Source: Lama guanicoe (Eukaryota). Taken from it: a stretch of 64,000 bases of DNA. The stretch is taken from NCBI GenBank assembly GCA_013239625.1, contig MU054187.1:15224974-15288973 (forward strand), given 5' to 3'. Below, in pieces: positions 52,255 through 64,000 of this stretch (position 1 is its first letter; the number at the start of each line of letters is the position of its first letter). The notes under the pieces are model-generated. The model ran no database searches, was not told the origin of the DNA, and was given only the letters and a program-made list of their open reading frames with translations. Both the position numbers and the translations under genes were made by a program.

Positions 52255-52485
52255 CAAAGATATAGGCTTGTGTCCCAGCCCCAGCATTTTCTAGCTTTGT
52301 GAACTTGAGTAAATTGCCCAATCTAATTAAACGTATTTTCTTTGCGGTGAAATACAGATGTTTGGAAACTTTCCTATAGGTTATGATTTGTCGTGAGAAT
52401 TAAATTTTATCTTAGAAAATTTCCTATCATAGAAAGTCTCAATACATCATGGCGCTTTTTACTTTTATCATTGTTTGCTGTTATT
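52255..52485 (+). mobile_element. MIR SINE
   Basis: CTAGCTTTGTGAACTTGAGTAAATTG..GTCGTGAGAATTAAAT. Confidence 0.6.
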
Positions 52486-55400
52486 AAAGAATAGTAGGTG
52501 ACATTTAAAAATGAATCAGAAAAATATTAAAAGGAAAATAAAAGTTTAAAATCACAGCCAGCAAAAACACAAATAGATTGGGAACCTAAAATCAGATGAA
52601 TATGTAGATATGCAAACCTACAGTGTTGGACACTGAAATCAACTTTTCTGGCTCTGTCAACCAAATCAGAAAAGGAAAAACAATCAATCACAAGGTTTGA
52701 AACACTCATAAAGAAAGGTGTACAAATTCTGGTAAAGAAATGAGGCTTTTCCTATTACCTATAGGAAATAAAGTTTACCTGCAGAGACTTCTGGTGGAAA
52801 CACTGAATGATGTGGTTGGCAACATCCCTAACAATATCCCTGGAACTACTGAGCTGGCACCATTCCCCTTTCAGTTAGCACTTCTACAACTGAGGCACAG
52901 TACCAATGCACAAGCCAGAAAAAGCGCTCTTATAGCACTAGAAGAAATGTGACCCAAGCGTGTGGCTTTCTGTTGACACTTGGCTTCATCTAGAGATAAC
53001 ACCTAAGCAATCTAGATAGGTCCTCCAAACAATCCTACGGGAACATCTATGGGTATTAGAAAACAGACACATCACAATTCAGGACTGCTTCCAAAACATT
53101 TTAGCTCCTTTCTTTTCTGTAATCTTCCCCTAAAGTCCTCATGCTGCTGGTTGGATTTGGGGGTAAACATATCCTTAAATATGCCAAAAGAGGGAATCTC
53201 AAACTCTTACAGGTTAACTCAATCTGTCTTGGGTAAATTCCCAGTTGTTCAGGATTTCTCCTCCATCCTCTACCCAAGATGACATCGGGAGTAAAGAAAA
53301 TCTTGGATAATCTGAGGACAGAGTTTTTTTAATTCTGTGTCTGTCTGTATCTTCCCTGGATGCTAATTTGCTTAAGTGTCAAAACTCTCTGTACAGCCTG
53401 GTAACTGGGCGTTATGTGAAGATCTGCTCTTGAAATTGTAGTGCTGAAGCTTGAGTCTATCACTTAAAACAGTGAGAGTCCAGTGGTCCTCACTTGCTAG
53501 CTTGCCCCCTTGTTTGCCCTCACTGGCATTGCAGGGCTTCTGAATTTCAATCGAGTTGCTCTTCCTTACTCTTGCTTTGAGTTCTCCACCTCTAGCTGCA
53601 GCTTCTGTTACAAGGCTACCTTACTCTTTGTTACTGCCCTTCTTCTGTCCCCTAGTCCTCTCTGCCACTGGAGCATTCTGAAGATTGCTTTCTGTGACAC
53701 TGTGATCAGGGGGAGATTTGGCAGGTACTATATCTGCTCTTTTCTCTGCTCAGATATGCCATGTTGTCAATGCTATCACTCCATTAAGCCGTGGGAATGG
53801 CATATTGGTGAGAGGCGCCCTGCAATTGTTCTCCATCTATAAGCCCCAATTAGAAGTGAATCAAAGTATTTCTACTTTTGGCTTCCTGCTCTGTATATAT
53901 GAAGTATCTATCCTTTGCCACCTATGCTTCATTCCCCAGGATTGCAACCTAGAATGATGAGTTACGGCTACTGCATCTATCTTCCTATTTCTCTTCTTAT
54001 ATTCTCTGGAACAAGGAAGGCTTTCTTTTCCTTCCTCTCTTGTCTAGAAGGGACCTGTGTTACATGATAACGTTCTCAACCTTGAGGTATCATTAACTCA
54101 TTCCCTTCCTTGGGGCCATAGTGGCAGTCAGGCTTTGTGGGAACATAATTTAGGAGAAACATAATAATTACTTCAGTTTATTATTTTCAGAATATTAACC
54201 TATTATGTGTAGTTTTACTCAGCAGAATTTTTCATAACTGTTGATTACCAGATAGCCTGAGGTTACCATCAAATGTCTGGAATGGTACATATTCAAGAGA
54301 TTTTAATTGGCTTTTCATCACCCTTCACAAGGGCTGCCTGATTGCACACCTCTAATCATGGTCTGCAAATGGCAAATGATGGACGCTGTGATATATAATC
54401 TGCCTAATGGCTCGAGACATCCTAATACCACCATCTCATATGTTCATTTCTAATTTTTTTTACTGGGCAGCTGACGAGACTTTCCCACAAAGTTTATCCA
54501 GACCTTCTTCACAGTGAAAGGACCAAACAGAATTAATGACTCTGGCCAGAGTGCAGATGGCTTTTGGACAGCCCAAGTTTTTTCTGGCTGTGTGCTGAGG
54601 TCCTGGATTAGAAAAAGGCTATGCTGTTATAGCATTTGTTTATTTATCAAATTTAACAAACATCTTTTGAATACTGACTATAGGCAAAGTCTGAAATGAT
54701 GCCATGAATAAGTGCTTTAAAATGTCTCAGTCTACTTGACCACAGCATAGAACTTTTGGGCTTTATTTTGATGTACTCTTGGCACATGGAAAATAAACAT
54801 CATTACCTTGGGTCACTGTGCTATTCTTCTTTCCTAGAACCAACTTTATCCTAAACGTTAGGATAATGTCCTAGACATTTCCCTGACTATAACAGAAGTT
54901 TAGGGTTTTTCATCTCTGTAGGGTAACCATACAATTTCTGGAGGGTCCTAATATCCAAGTCCGTTTTCCCTTCACTAAATAACCGACACTCATACTCTAC
55001 TTCCAACCAACTCCCTCTAACCTGAGTTTGGTTTCTTTGTGTTTCACCAGGTATAACCAGTATTTCATACCAGAATTTACCACTTCAATTTTATCTCTTA
55101 TCTACCAACCATGAATGTGATTTTTATACCTTCTGAAGTTGGATGGTTATAAATTCAGTTATACAATCTGTTAGATGCCTTGAAGTCTTCTCCTGGAGCT
55201 CTCCCCAGCTGGTAGTTTTGCTGACACCAACACAAACCCATTAGCTGTTTGATGAGTCTCTTTGTGCTTGTCCTTCTTCAGGGCTGGTGAAGTCCATACA
55301 GTGATGAAGTATAGTTAAGCTATGAGATTCTTCTTTATCCACCAGATCTTTTGGTCTTAAGAACCTTGAGATGATTACCCAAGATTTCCAGAGGATGTCT

Positions 55401-55869
55401 AGTGGAGGTAGAGATTTTATGGATTGATTAGATAACTTAAGGGATGCCTTCTATTTTTACTGATCCTAAAGAAATCATGGACTATGGTATTCATACACTT
55501 CGTTTTAAAGCTATGCCTGAGATGAGTTACATCTACTTCCTCTTTATCCATGGCTATGAAATATCCACAGTAGCAACTGCTACATATATGTTCATTCAGG
55601 GCCTCATTTTCTTCGCTGAAACACAGGAAGATGAAAACATAGCCTCAAACTCAGTAGGACGAAGAAGGTAGACAAGGACTGATAGGAAGGTTATTCTAGG
55701 GGCGAGGCTATTGAATTATTAAGATAAAAGGGTCCAGTCAGTTAGAAGCTCCTGGGACATAATCACTAACAGAGTCCAGGCAAACTCAAACGTGGTTTCA
55801 CTTTGACCTTCATCTCCAGTTTTGTTATCCGTTTATTTGCTCGGTAGATACACTTTTATCTGCACTATT

Positions 55870-56100
55870 TGCCAAATTGATTTTTATTAAGTATGTTTTA
55901 CTTTAACTAGGTTGTAATTGCATATACTTTAAAAAGTCAAATAGTTCTATAAATTCAAAATTTTAAAAATACCTCAGCATCATGTACCTTACTTCCACCT
56001 ACATTTCTGCTCCCCAGAGGCAACCACTTTCACCACTTTTAATAGCTTCTTCTTGGTAGTTAACTCCGTATTTTCAATTAATATGCATACTTCTTGATTT
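55870..56100 (-). mobile_element. L1ME-type 3' fragment
   Basis: TCTGCTCCCCAGAGGCAACCACTTTCACCACTTTT motif. Confidence 0.55.
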
Positions 56101-56134
56101 TTTTTTAAAAAGTAGCTATTTTCCAAAAATTTCC

Positions 56135-56495
56135 TGTGGTAGCCAGCGTTCATTATGACCCTCAGTAATTCTCATCTACTGGTTCATGGTCTTGTGGAGT
56201 CTTCTCCCTCACTGAATAGGTCTGAGTGGCTCATGTAACCAACAAGATATTGTGGAAATTCTGGTGTGTGAGTTCCACAGATAGGTCACAAAACACAGTG
56301 GATCTTCTACCTTGCTCAATCTTGGATCACTCACTATGGGGGAAGCCAGCTTCAACGTTGTGAGGACACTTAAGAAGTTTTATAGAGAGGTCCATGTGGT
56401 GAGATCCATATGTTTGGCCTCCTGCCAACAGCACCAACCTGTCAACCAAGTGAATGTGCCATCTTGGAAGTTGACCCTCCAGCCCCATTTAAGTT
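56135..56495 (+). mobile_element. MLT1F-like MaLR LTR (partial)
   Basis: Starts TGTGGTAGCCAG; contains TCTTGGATCACTCACTATGGGGGAAGCCAGC, GAGAGGTCCATGTGG and GCCATCTTGGAAG. Confidence 0.8.
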
Positions 56496-56636
56496 CCAGT
56501 CATTTGTCTACACAGGGACTCAAAAGGCTGCTTTGGAACCATGCTTTTCAGAGCAATGAGAAAGCTCAAGTTTGGTCACACTTAAAATTGTGAATGTTTA
56601 AACTTTTTATTGAAGAAAACCTAAAAGTGCTCTTGA

Positions 56637-56894
56637 TTTTTTTTAATTAATTAATTTATTTTTATTTTATTTATTTATTATTTATTTTTTAAACTTTTTT
56701 TTAAATTGAGTTATAGTCATTTTACAATGTTGTGTCAAATTCCAGTGTAGAGTACAATTTTTCAGTTATACATGCACATACATACATTCATTGTCACATT
56801 CTCTTTCGCTGTGAGCCAACACAAGATCCTGTATATATTTCTCTGTACTACACAGTACAGTCTTTTTATCTATTTTACATTTTGAAATCCCAGT
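56637..56894 (-). mobile_element. Short L1 3' end, same family as the 11300-11868 copy, with a long T-rich tail
   Basis: The reverse complement is nearly identical to 11700-11850 (GAATTTGACACAACATTGTAAAATGACTATAACTCAATTTAAAAAA). Confidence 0.9.
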
Positions 56895-58494
56895 TTTTAT
56901 TTGAGGAAAAGTAAACACACAGAAGTTAGAGTAATCACACAAATATCATGTGATATTTAGTTCCTAATCCCTTGTGGTAAGAAAGAGAAAAAGAAGACAT
57001 ATTGGTGAGTTAAAATACAGATAGCTGAATCTGGTTTCATAATACTAGATAATATAATAAAAAATTATAATTATGTGAAGGTGGTAGTTCATATGTGTTT
57101 TACAGAATTTCTCAAATGCATTGAAAATAATGTATTTTGATATTACATATCATAAATATATATATTTACCATATAATATATAAAACATATATCATATACA
57201 ATCTATATGTATACCATATATTTATATATGGTATCAGAGAGCTAAATATTTCAAAATATTTTGTATGTTTATTCTGTATATTTTCTGAATTCAATAAATT
57301 CACCATCATCTACCACATTACAAATGGAAATACACATTAAACATCAAAACATTTTTCCATTCTCACAGAATCATTACCTTTCATCAAATTACCTCCTGCG
57401 TACACTCTAGATTGATTAGTAGTTATTAATGACTAAATATGGGGACAAATGTTTGCAAAGCTTATTTAGATATCTGTGACTGGTGATGACTCTAGAATGC
57501 TATATGAGACTTTTAATTAAGAAGAAAATAACTTACTAAAGAGAGGTCAGTTCACAACTAATGCAGTGCTATTTTGCTGTTTGCTAAGCTCTTTTTAGCA
57601 TAACATATATAATTATCTGTAACAATTACACTATCAGAGGCAAAAAGGCTGCCACCCTATCCAATGAATAAACATACATGGACTTGTTAACTTAACTGAA
57701 GCTAACAGAAAATAAGAGAGTGGTTAAGTGTAGTTGGGGTATAAAGTGTGGCCAGGTACAGAAATAGAAACAATTGGTTACAGCAAATAAAGCTTAAAAG
57801 GTAAGTAGATTTGTACTCTCAAGGCCCTTGTAAGGCAGGTTAAGGCACTTGCCCTGATTCCATGGGCAATGGAGGACAAACAGAGCGCTATATGTCAATG
57901 AGTGAAATGATTCAGTTCACTTTTTCAGACGGTGACAAAAGGCAGCACTGAAAATGAGTGACAGGAGAGACTGGAGTAACACTAGAAAAAGATCATGGAA
58001 TTAACATGAAGCAGTTATAATAATAATTAAAAAGGGAAGGGTAGGTAGGCAAGACATTTCAGGGATAAAAATCCACATGTCTTGCTAATAGATGTATAAA
58101 ACAAAGCAAGAGAGAACAAGGAACAAGGAATGACAGAGTAAATTTATAGTTCTATTTATACGGCAACTCACAATTTACAAAACACTGTTATGTATACTGT
58201 ATTCAATTATTTCAACAACCTTGTGATAAATCAGTATTATTAAATAACAAACAGAGTTTTTATAACAATCTTAAAAAGACTCTGACCACTGCTAAATCAT
58301 TTCTTCATGAGATGCTCTACTTAGCCTTTCTTTTTTCTCCTTCTAAAGCAGAGGTTGACTTGGGTTCACTGTTTCAAAGATCCTATACTGTCTTTGACTT
58401 TCCCCATGTTACTACATAAGTGGACTTTTGCAATAGCTTATTCAATGGGCATGTGTATAGTGAGTTGTACCTCTATGTCTCTGAAAAAAAAATC

Positions 58495-58660
58495 AGTAGG
58501 TAGTACTTTTGAAACTTTGAGGATATGAATCATCTGAGGATCTTGAGAAAATGTAGATTCTAATTCAGTGGGTCTTGGACAGAGCCTGAAATTCTGCATT
58601 TCTAACAAGCTCCCTATGATGTCAACGCTACTAGTCCATGGAACATATTTTGATTAGAAA
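58495..58660. mobile_element. MER5A/B-type DNA transposon
   Basis: GAATCATCTGAGGATCTTG..AAATGTAGATTCTAATTCAGTGGGTC..TTCTGCATTTCTAACAAGCTCCC. Confidence 0.75.
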
Positions 58661-60159
58661 GGATGTAGACGAAAGCCATGCGCATATTTGTACCCACACA
58701 CACTCTCATGCATACAGACACCCCAAAGTACCTTTGCTTATGCAGTTGTGCCATTCTGGGACACTTAAAATGTATCTGATTTCCATATTAAAATTGCAAC
58801 CATTTTCTCACAGGTTTCAAGGTAGACAGTAGTTACTGCCAATTGTATATGTATTTCTTCTCAGTAATATAACTGCATTCCATTTCTGTCTGTATTGGCA
58901 AGCATTCCCCTAAAGGTTTCTAAACATATCAATGGTCTTTTTCAAGAAGAGATCTCATAAAGAACCACCTCATTGTTAGTTGTTCATTAGTAGTTCTTTT
59001 ATTGACAACTTGGATGTATGCCTCTTAAGTTTGCAAGTATTTTAAAATTAAAATTACTTCCAAAGCATTTCAAATACTTCTTCTGGCAATAACGTCTGCT
59101 TGGAAGCAAAATTCTTAACTCTCCTCCCACAGGTCTTTGCTTTTATGATTTCATAGCCTTGTGGGTTTTCTTAATAGTCTGAAATTCCACAATATAATTC
59201 GTGTGTGTTGAAACACATCTGAAATCATTGACATGCCTCAGGGTCTCAGAATTAAGCAACTATCAGTTCTTTCCTCATGTAATTGGGTATGTTTAGGTCC
59301 ATCTCAGAAATCCCTTCTTTCTTTCTCTTCCTCTTCCCCTCCACTTTCTCTTAGAGGAAACTCATTTATGGTTCAGACAAGATTCTCAAGGGACATATTT
59401 TTGTCCCCATGGAAGTATCTATCTCAAGTCAAACTTCAACAGATGAACAATATCTCTGTACACATGACAAAGAGGAAACCTTGAAAGAAAGGGTCGATTT
59501 TTATGAGATTCTAAGCAAGAACTCAGCCACCCCCACAGGAAGAAAGGCTTATGTCTGCTGCTTAGGCATTAAAAATCTTTTAGTCTCCTATATGCCAGAG
59601 AGCTATATGAGATGAACTGAAAAATATAGGCTAATGGGGGCTGGCATTAATTTCTCAAAAGGTCTTGGGATCTTTTAGTTGGATGGCCCACAGATAGTAT
59701 GTTGTCTAACTTCCTATTCAATTCGGGAATCCTTGATGCGGCCTCCTTGAGACTTATTCAAGGTGCCATAAGTATTTTCTGAAGGGGTGCGACCCTAGCT
59801 GGACAGCTCCAGTTGTTAACTTTCTGCAGCTGTGAGTAGCCACATGCATTCCCTCAAGCTGCTCTGATGTTTCCTACTATTCCTGCTCACCTCCTATGCT
59901 CATATGTGATGTTCTTGCCTTTTCACTTTTACAGTGTTCATTAATTCCTATTTATAGATTTCAGTATTGCACAATGAGAATTTCTAAAACTACCTGAATT
60001 TAGTTAGGAATTTAATACTCATCCAAATAGAGCAAAACCTGAACTTTGACATATGTTATCAATACCAAAGCCGCATCTCACCACTGTACTTCGAACTTCA
60101 ATGGCACTTTCAGTTTCAAACACCGTACTGCTCTCTCAAGGAGTTTGATGAAGTCCATC

Positions 60160-60310
60160 TCACCATGGAATACACACCTTTTCCCTCCCATTTTCAGATG
60201 CATCAATGAAAAATTGAACAATATGCATCAGGCCACACATACTACTGGAGACCCAGCTGGGAATAGAGCCCAGGAATCTTGGCTCCCAGTCTGGTGTGCT
60301 TCTTACCACA
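60160..60310 (-). mobile_element. MIR SINE
   Basis: CCATTTTCAGATG..GGCCACACA..GCTGGGAATAGAGCCCAGG. Confidence 0.6.
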
Positions 60311-61299
60311 TGACCATCATTTCTGACAACTATAAATTCACATAGCACTCCTCCTGTTGAAACATGCAGGAGACAAACACACATCAAACTAGACCAGTCA
60401 GTGTATGTTAAGCAAGTTTCTAAACTGAGTAATATGTAGTTTCCAAGGTTCCTGTTGCCATGGACTGTGAATGGTCCACATTTTGTTAATGTTATCATGA
60501 TACAGGGTATTTCTGAGGGTCCTTTTATTACAAATTGCCCTAATAGTCACATTCTTGGCTCTTGTCTTGCCGGACAGATTTTGCTCCAATGGCATCTTTC
60601 TAAGAAGGCACTTCAGAATGTTGGCAGCAGCTGCAGCTGCTGTTAAATGTTTCAGAGCCTCTGAGCTGTGCCCTCCAATATGCTTCCTGAGACGCTGAAC
60701 TACTTGCTCTCTGCTTAAGATTTCAACTATATGCTTCTAAACCTGAAACAGATGTTATCTTGGCTGCTGTCATTTGTCCTAAGCGTCTCTATTTGCGTTA
60801 TATACAAGGCAGGTAAAAGGCAGGTAAATTGCTGCCTCACTCTGTTGAAAAGGGGGGGAAGAGGAGAGAGTGAAACAAGAGAAAGAAAGAGACTAAATAT
60901 ATAAATCAGAGAAATAAAGCCACATGGAGACAGAAAGTGCAACCACTTGAGCATCTATTATCCTAATATCATATGCTATAGTCTGGCTACTACTCATTTG
61001 CCTGGCATTCCCCTTGAGTCATATTTGTGGCCACCCAGATTAACTGTGTGAGCTGATCTTTTGATTTAATATCAGCTTGCTCTTTTCAGCTCCCATGTCA
61101 TTTACTGTCTTAAAAAATGTACTGCTTGTTACTCAGCCTTCTGTGTTTTCAAGAACTCACAGTTTTGGTTTTTTTTTCTCCTTCTTGTATGGGAACCAGG
61201 AACTAGAAAGCATTAAATGAGGAAAATTAACCACTCACAGAAAGGTGGAAGCCCAGAGAAAAAAGGGTTTGTCTTTTATGGTTTGTACTTTGTAAGCTG

Positions 61300-61475
61300 T
61301 GGGTGTGACTCAATTTCCTCACCACCCACATAAAAAGGTTGCCACCCAATCACTGTTTTTTCTATCCAAAACCCCTCCCCTTTGATTTTGGCTAGAAGAG
61401 ACCCTAAGAAAGACTGCCCTTTCTGGACGTTGCAGACTGTGACATATAAAAGCTGTTAGCTGCTCCTGCAGCCAG
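61300..61475 (+). promoter_or_regulatory. PI15 core promoter with TATA box, CCAAT box and AP-1 site
   Basis: TATAAAA at 61445-61451, CCAAT at 61346-61350 and TGACTCA at 61306-61312, directly upstream of the putative exon 1; no CpG island. Confidence 0.7.
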
Positions 61476-61615
61476 CAGCACTCAAACCTTGCAGAGTTTT
61501 GCTCTCTGAGAGTTTGTAATAAGACACACTCCTCTTACAAGAGTTCATGCTACAACCTAGCAAAGAACTTTAAATTTTTGGAAGAATACTATATTCATTT
61601 TGGCATTGTGCAGAG
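61475..61615 (+). other. PI15: Probable PI15 non-coding exon 1 (5' end approximate)
   Basis: Starts about 30 nt after TATAAAA and ends at a strong donor, CAGAG|GTAAGC (GT at 61616); the intron runs 545 nt to the exon 2 acceptor. Confidence 0.75.
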
Positions 61616-62160
61616 GTAAGCCATTTAGCTCAACAAGTTTATTTTGCATGCATTGCTTTTAAAGTAGCTCACATTTTTATTTTTTATTTTTTTAGAAATG
61701 AGATTGGATGATTCTAACTTTTTTGTATGTACTCTATCACTTGGGGTCCATAGTATATCTGGGAGACATTATCAATACATTCTCTATTATTACCTGTGAT
61801 GCGTTTTTCCTTTTCACTCTCAAGACGAATTTCACTTCCTCAGATTTCCCTCTGAAAATAAGTATGCAGTAATGCATTCTGTGGTTCAGGTATTTTGGGG
61901 TAAATGGCTCACATTCACTTCAGGGTCAGTGGTCATGCTGTTTATTTTTCTCTAGCTATAGGAAGTTTCTTTTAGGGACCTGCCTCATAACACCATGTAC
62001 AATGCATAGGGGACCACTCCAGGTTGTCTCCTAGGCTTGAGTTCATCATTTGCTTGGATTTTTTGAAGAAAATCAAATCAAGCAATGATTTTGTAATAAC
62101 CTCTGCCTTTTTTTTTTCTTTTTCCTTTCATAGACCCTAACTCTATCTTTCTGCTTTAAG

Positions 62161-62474
62161 GCAAAGTAAACTCGGTGGCCTCTCCCTCTCCACCCCTCAA
62201 AATGATTGCAGTCTCTGCCGTCAGCAGTGCACTCCTGCTCTCCCTTCTCTGTGAAGCAAGCGCTGTCGTCTTACTCAATTCCACTGACTCATCCCCGCCA
62301 ACCAATAATTTCACTGATATTGAAGCAGCTCTAAAAGCACAGCTAGATTCTGCGGATATCCCCAAAGCCAGGCGGAAGCGCTACATTTCGCAGAATGACA
62401 TGATCGCCATTCTTGATTATCATAACCAAGTTCGGGGCAAGGTGTTCCCACCAGCAGCAAACATGGAATATATG
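62161..62474 (+). other. PI15: PI15 exon 2 (41 nt of 5' UTR plus coding sequence)
   Basis: Branch-point-like CCCTAAC (~62136-62142), pyrimidine tract and TTTAAG| acceptor ending at 62160; donor GTAAGA at 62475. Confidence 0.85.
62202..62474 (+). CDS. PI15: PI15 (peptidase inhibitor 15, CAP/SCP family), first coding exon, 91 codons; the gene continues beyond the window
   Basis: Translation MIAVSAVSSALLLSLLCEASAVVLLNSTDSSPPTNNFTDIEAALKAQLDSADIPKARRKRYISQNDMIAILDYHNQVRGKVFPPAANMEYM matches the PI15 N-terminus: signal peptide, RRKR furin site, then the start of the CAP domain (HNQVR..PPAANM). ATG at 62202 (AAAATGA). GT donor (ATG|GTAAGA) at 62475, phase 0. Confidence 0.97.
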
Positions 62475-63554
62475 GTAAGAGAAATTCTGTTTTCTTTGAG
62501 TTCTGGGTGAGGACACTTTATTTAAATTGTATGTTAGACGAATCTAAAGAGCGTTTATAATGTTAAGGGATATGGGGCTTTTTACACCTTTTCACTTAGG
62601 GAAGGTTCTTAAGTGCCTGGTAAACAAGGACTAGTCCACCACAGAATTAAAAGGGAGGGGAGAAATCTAATTTTTTTGTGTGAGTTCCATAACCATTGAT
62701 GAATCAGATCTTATATAATAAGCAGATAAAGAGTGGGGTATGCTGGCTGATCACATTTAGAAGTTCTGCTTAAAAAAAACTCTCATGAAACTTTTCCTGT
62801 GCTTTGTTTATCTAATAGTCATAATTATCAGCTAAAGCATTTCTTGAAAATAATTTTTTTAAATTATAGGTTTTGCATGCCTGATTTATTCTCTGGGTAG
62901 GTGTCTCTTCCCTTTCTTGGACAGAGTTCTTCCTGACAGTAATCTATTTGTATTCTCAGAGAACATGCTGACTTTTTCCTCCTTATGATTTAATGCTTTG
63001 TCATTCAGATAACAGTGAAGCCAGCACACTTGTGCACTGTTCCAACTTGCCATGAACACATTCTTTGCTCTCTTTTAAAAATAAAAAATAGGCTCTCTGT
63101 GTTTGCTTAGAAAATTTTTCAAAAGTCAGTATTAAAAGGATAGACGTCTTTTTAAAGTTTATTTTTGGTTTTGAATTTATGTAAGGTTATGATCTAACTT
63201 CCAGCACCTTCCAACAGCACAGCTTGGAGCCTGTTTAAGGCAATGAAGACCACTGATATGGTATTTCTAAGCTGGGGTGGGGGTGGTGGTACCACTAACA
63301 ACTTTGTATAAGTATAAGCACTTTGTATAAGTGCTAATATAAAATTCTGGGATTTCTACTAGATTCTAAATTCATCTATCTTATTTAAAAAAGCTTTTAA
63401 AGTTTGACTAATTGTAGATATCAGTGTCAAAAGAAAAAAATAAAGACTTGTCAAATGTAAGAGAATCATGGTTCATGGACTCTATGAAAGTGCATTTTTC
63501 TATGACTTTTTTAATCAAAGAGGAAAAGAAGATGTCATCAATCCTGGCATACCA

Positions 63555-63790
63555 GGGGCAGTATAGTCTCATGATTAAGGATATGGACTCTGAAATCTAA
63601 ATGCTTGGGTTCAAATCCCAGTCCTGGAATATAAGATGAGTGAATTCATTACCTAATTGTGTTTTATGTTCATCATCTCTAATATGAGGGTAAAGGTGGT
63701 ATCTGACACATAGAGTTGTTACAAGTTGAGGGGAAGGACAGTTAGACCAGAGCCTACAGCAAGATAATGTTCAGTAAACATTAGCTTTTA
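63555..63790 (+). mobile_element. MIR SINE in PI15 intron 2
   Basis: GATTAAGGATATGGACTCTGAAATC..TGGGTTCAAATCCCAG..CATAGAGTTGTT..TTCAGTAAACATTAGCT. Confidence 0.75.
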
Positions 63791-64000
63791 TAAGTTTCTG
63801 TTAAATTATTGTGACAGGTACCCAATGAAAACCCAATCAAGATCTAAAAATACAAACAGTTACACTGAACAGGTGTTTCTAGAAGGTGATGTACGGATAT
63901 AGAAAGGAGAGGAACAGACATGTTTTCAAATGTCATAAATTATGAGGGAAATATGCATAAAATGCTATGTGAGCTCAAGAGGGTATGCTATACAGACTGT

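Noticed and set aside
62156..62365. Antisense ORF over PI15 exon 2
   Set aside because: Shadow of the coding strand with no independent support.
62175..62510. ORF-track call of a 111-aa protein starting at GTG 62175
   Set aside because: The PI15 start is the ATG at 62202, and the tail VREILFSLSSG is intron read-through past the donor at 62475.
63299..63332. Tandem duplication of CACTTTGTATAAGT in intron 2
   Set aside because: Ordinary short slippage duplication.
1..64000. CRISPR arrays, operons, tRNA/rRNA genes, or a miRNA/lncRNA such as human MIR2052HG upstream of PI15
   Set aside because: No repeat-spacer arrays or structured RNA genes were recognised; lncRNA or miRNA orthology cannot be supported from sequence reading alone.

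Overview
Mammalian (eutherian) genomic DNA, AT-rich and CpG-poor, not prokaryotic. About 61 kb is repeat-rich intergenic sequence upstream of PI15 (peptidase inhibitor 15, CAP superfamily). The PI15 TATA promoter (~61445), non-coding exon 1 (ends 61615) and first coding exon (62161-62474) lie at the right end on the + strand; the rest of the gene is outside the window. The repeats are ancient MIR, L2, L3/CR1, L1M, MaLR/ERVL LTRs and DNA transposons (MER20, MER45A, MER82, MER5), plus several younger 5'-truncated L1 copies with target-site duplications. The L1 3' UTR type and the lack of recognisable lineage SINEs suggest a camelid (inference). The most unusual element is a ~460 bp minus-strand poly(A)-tailed insertion at ~19570-20040. 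Its 3' ~160 nt match the end of the EEF1A1 3' UTR, while its 5' ~300 nt are CpG-rich and not EEF1A1, so it is a candidate chimeric retrocopy or non-autonomous retroelement. Repeat family names come from recalled consensus sequences, and boundaries of old repeats are approximate. Nearly all other ORFs in the track look like chance ORFs.
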